Positions 62,076 to 64,000 of a stretch of DNA of 64,000 nucleotides are shown piece by piece. Made by a program: the position numbers and the translations under genes. The number at the start of each line of letters is the position of its first letter. The stretch's first letter is position 1. This DNA is from Stegostoma tigrinum (Eukaryota). Below the pieces are notes generated by a model. It did not search any database and had not been told where the DNA came from. It worked only from the letters and a program-made list of their open reading frames with translations. The stretch lies in assembly GCF_030684315.1 (NCBI RefSeq), contig NC_081378.1, positions 24,290,571 to 24,354,570 of the forward strand. The letters are read 5' to 3'.

Positions 62076-64000
62076 AATGTTCCTGAGGCTCTTAGAGGAA
62101 AAAGCAAATTCTATTTTTTCGCATGTTTTCTTGCAGAAAAAATGGAAAAGAAGTGTATATGTTCAGTCTGTGATTCACTTTTGAAAGTCAAAGAGACAAA
62201 TAAGTAAATGCAACAAAATAACTGACAACAGGTAACGTGAGTGAAACAATCTGCCATTGGGTGCTTTTTATTTTTGAGGCATTTCAAAGGGCACCAGCTT
62301 GCTTGGAGACTCTCAATCTTATTTTTCTAAAATGCTCTTAACATTTTCCTGTTCCACTTGTGGTTTTCTGTTTGCTTACGTAAATCATCAAGTTTTCTAA
62401 GAACACGCTACAATTGTTGAATCCAGCAATCATGTTTTATCCACCTCTGAAAGGCTGCTAGGGCTTTTTCAAGGCCAAGAAACATGACCTCTGGTATAAC
62501 TCTACCTTGATGAAATAACGTTGAGATTTCTCTTGCTCTGAGAATAACTGGGACTTGCCAGTACCCTTTTAAAAGGTTAGTTATGCTGAAATAGGCTCAG
62601 TGACCCATCTTGTCTACACAGTGAATTTTTTTAAAAATCCCAAACAAGGTGGCCAATCTTTCCATTGCTGTTTGATCAGCAGTGCTAACTGGTCATTTAA
62701 CTCCAAGATTCCAGTGTCAGCCAGCCTGGCAGTCAAATGGGGAAGCCTCTAGCCCATCCTTCCCAGCTGACTTCTCCTGACTCCCTCTGACAGACATTCA
62801 CCAGTTTACTGGGCTTTGTGTTTAACTTTTTAAACTCAACAGTTTTTTTTATTTCATTCTATTACTCGCCTGCCCAGAGAGCAAGTAAGAGTCAATCACA
62901 TTGTGTGGGTCTGGAGTCACATGTAGGCCAGACCAGGTAAAGACTTTGGTGAACCAGGAGAGTTTTTTTTCCCAAAAGTTAACAATGGTTTAATGGTCAT
63001 CATTAGAATTCTAATTGCTGATTTTTATGAATTCAAATTCCACAATCTGCCGTGGTGAGATTTGTACCCAATTCACTAGAACATTACCTGGATTTCTGGA
63101 TTAATAGTCTATCAATATTACCACTCGACCCTCTTCAACTCCTTTGTGGTTGTGACACGTGTGGTGGAACTTCAGGGTGTTAACTTTCCCTTTTTAGTTA
63201 CTTTGCGTACGCATGTATCCTCAATACCGTTAAGATGCTACTGCCTTCTGCTACTGGCTGTTCAGCTGTTGCTGCACTACTCTGCAGCTCCTTAACTAGT
63301 CGAGGCAACTTCCTCACCATGTCTATCTGGGAATTTTCTCTTCTCTGTCTAAATCTGAAGACATTGTATTGACTAGCCTGACCTCTTATTCATCCAGTAG
63401 AAGTGTAGACTACTCCCCTTTCAATCTTTTCTGCTCTGTTTGGGACATTTCTGCATCTTTGTTCTGTCTTATATCCTTTGGGACACTCAGAGTGGTTGGG
63501 CCAGATTTAACTGCTCACTCTGCAACTTCCACTTGGTAAGGCAGCCTGTTTACCAGTTTTGGGTTTATTTTGGAATCTCTGCGGTGTCTCTATGTGTCTT
63601 TGAAATGGTTAATTTGGACAGCCAGACCTGCTGTTCATTGTTAGGGCACAGACTCCTGTCAGTCTGGGTAAGGCAGGTTTAACACCAACTGTGAATCTAT
63701 TTGGGAAATTTTCAATCTCCCTCTAAATGCTGTAAGGTTTCAACTAGCTTGACTTCCTGATCTTCCAGCAGGGTACAAATTCCTTTCCTTTTAAATCAAG
63801 CTAATGTAGCTTCTTCACCAGCTGTAGGATATTTGGAAACGTCTTAACCTCCCGCTAATTATAAAAAAAAACAGCTTCTGTTAGCCTGACACCCTGTTCT
63901 CCAGCAGGGCTTCCTTCCTTTCAAATTTTCTGGCTGGGTTTGGGAGCATTTTGCATCTCTCTTCTTCTTGGGGAAGGAAGTTTCTGCTAGCCATAGTTTG

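Noticed and set aside
57000-64000. Next CCDC146 coding exon
   Set aside because: No convincing match seen; it probably lies beyond the window.

Overview
Eukaryotic, repeat-rich vertebrate genomic DNA, most likely a cartilaginous fish (shark), judged from HE1/V-SINE-like, CR1-like and Penelope-like repeats. Three genes are recognisable by motif recall and GT-AG splice sites. FAM185A (minus) has four coding exons at 38268-37869, 34600-34491, 16572-16480 and 10728-10590; later exons were not found. CCDC146 (plus) lies head-to-head with it, with a candidate non-coding first exon near 40.2 kb and a first coding exon at 50083-50226. A complete two-exon FGL2 (minus, 430 aa) is nested antisense in the CCDC146 intron. 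The rest is mostly decayed CR1, L2-like, Harbinger, SINE and LTR-like sequence. The most striking feature is more than 15 Penelope-like (GIY-YIG) insertions. Most are short fold-back elements with 10-16 bp target-site duplications, and they carry minimal hammerhead-ribozyme cores (CUGAnGA-stem II-GAAAC-GUH) whose stem II stays paired across subfamilies. They cluster in the bidirectional promoter and FGL2 intron. Other notable items are an unidentified ~5 kb coding-like insert at 25.6-31 kb and an FGL2 lacking the mammalian Ser/CxxC motif. All identifications were made by eye, with no database searches.
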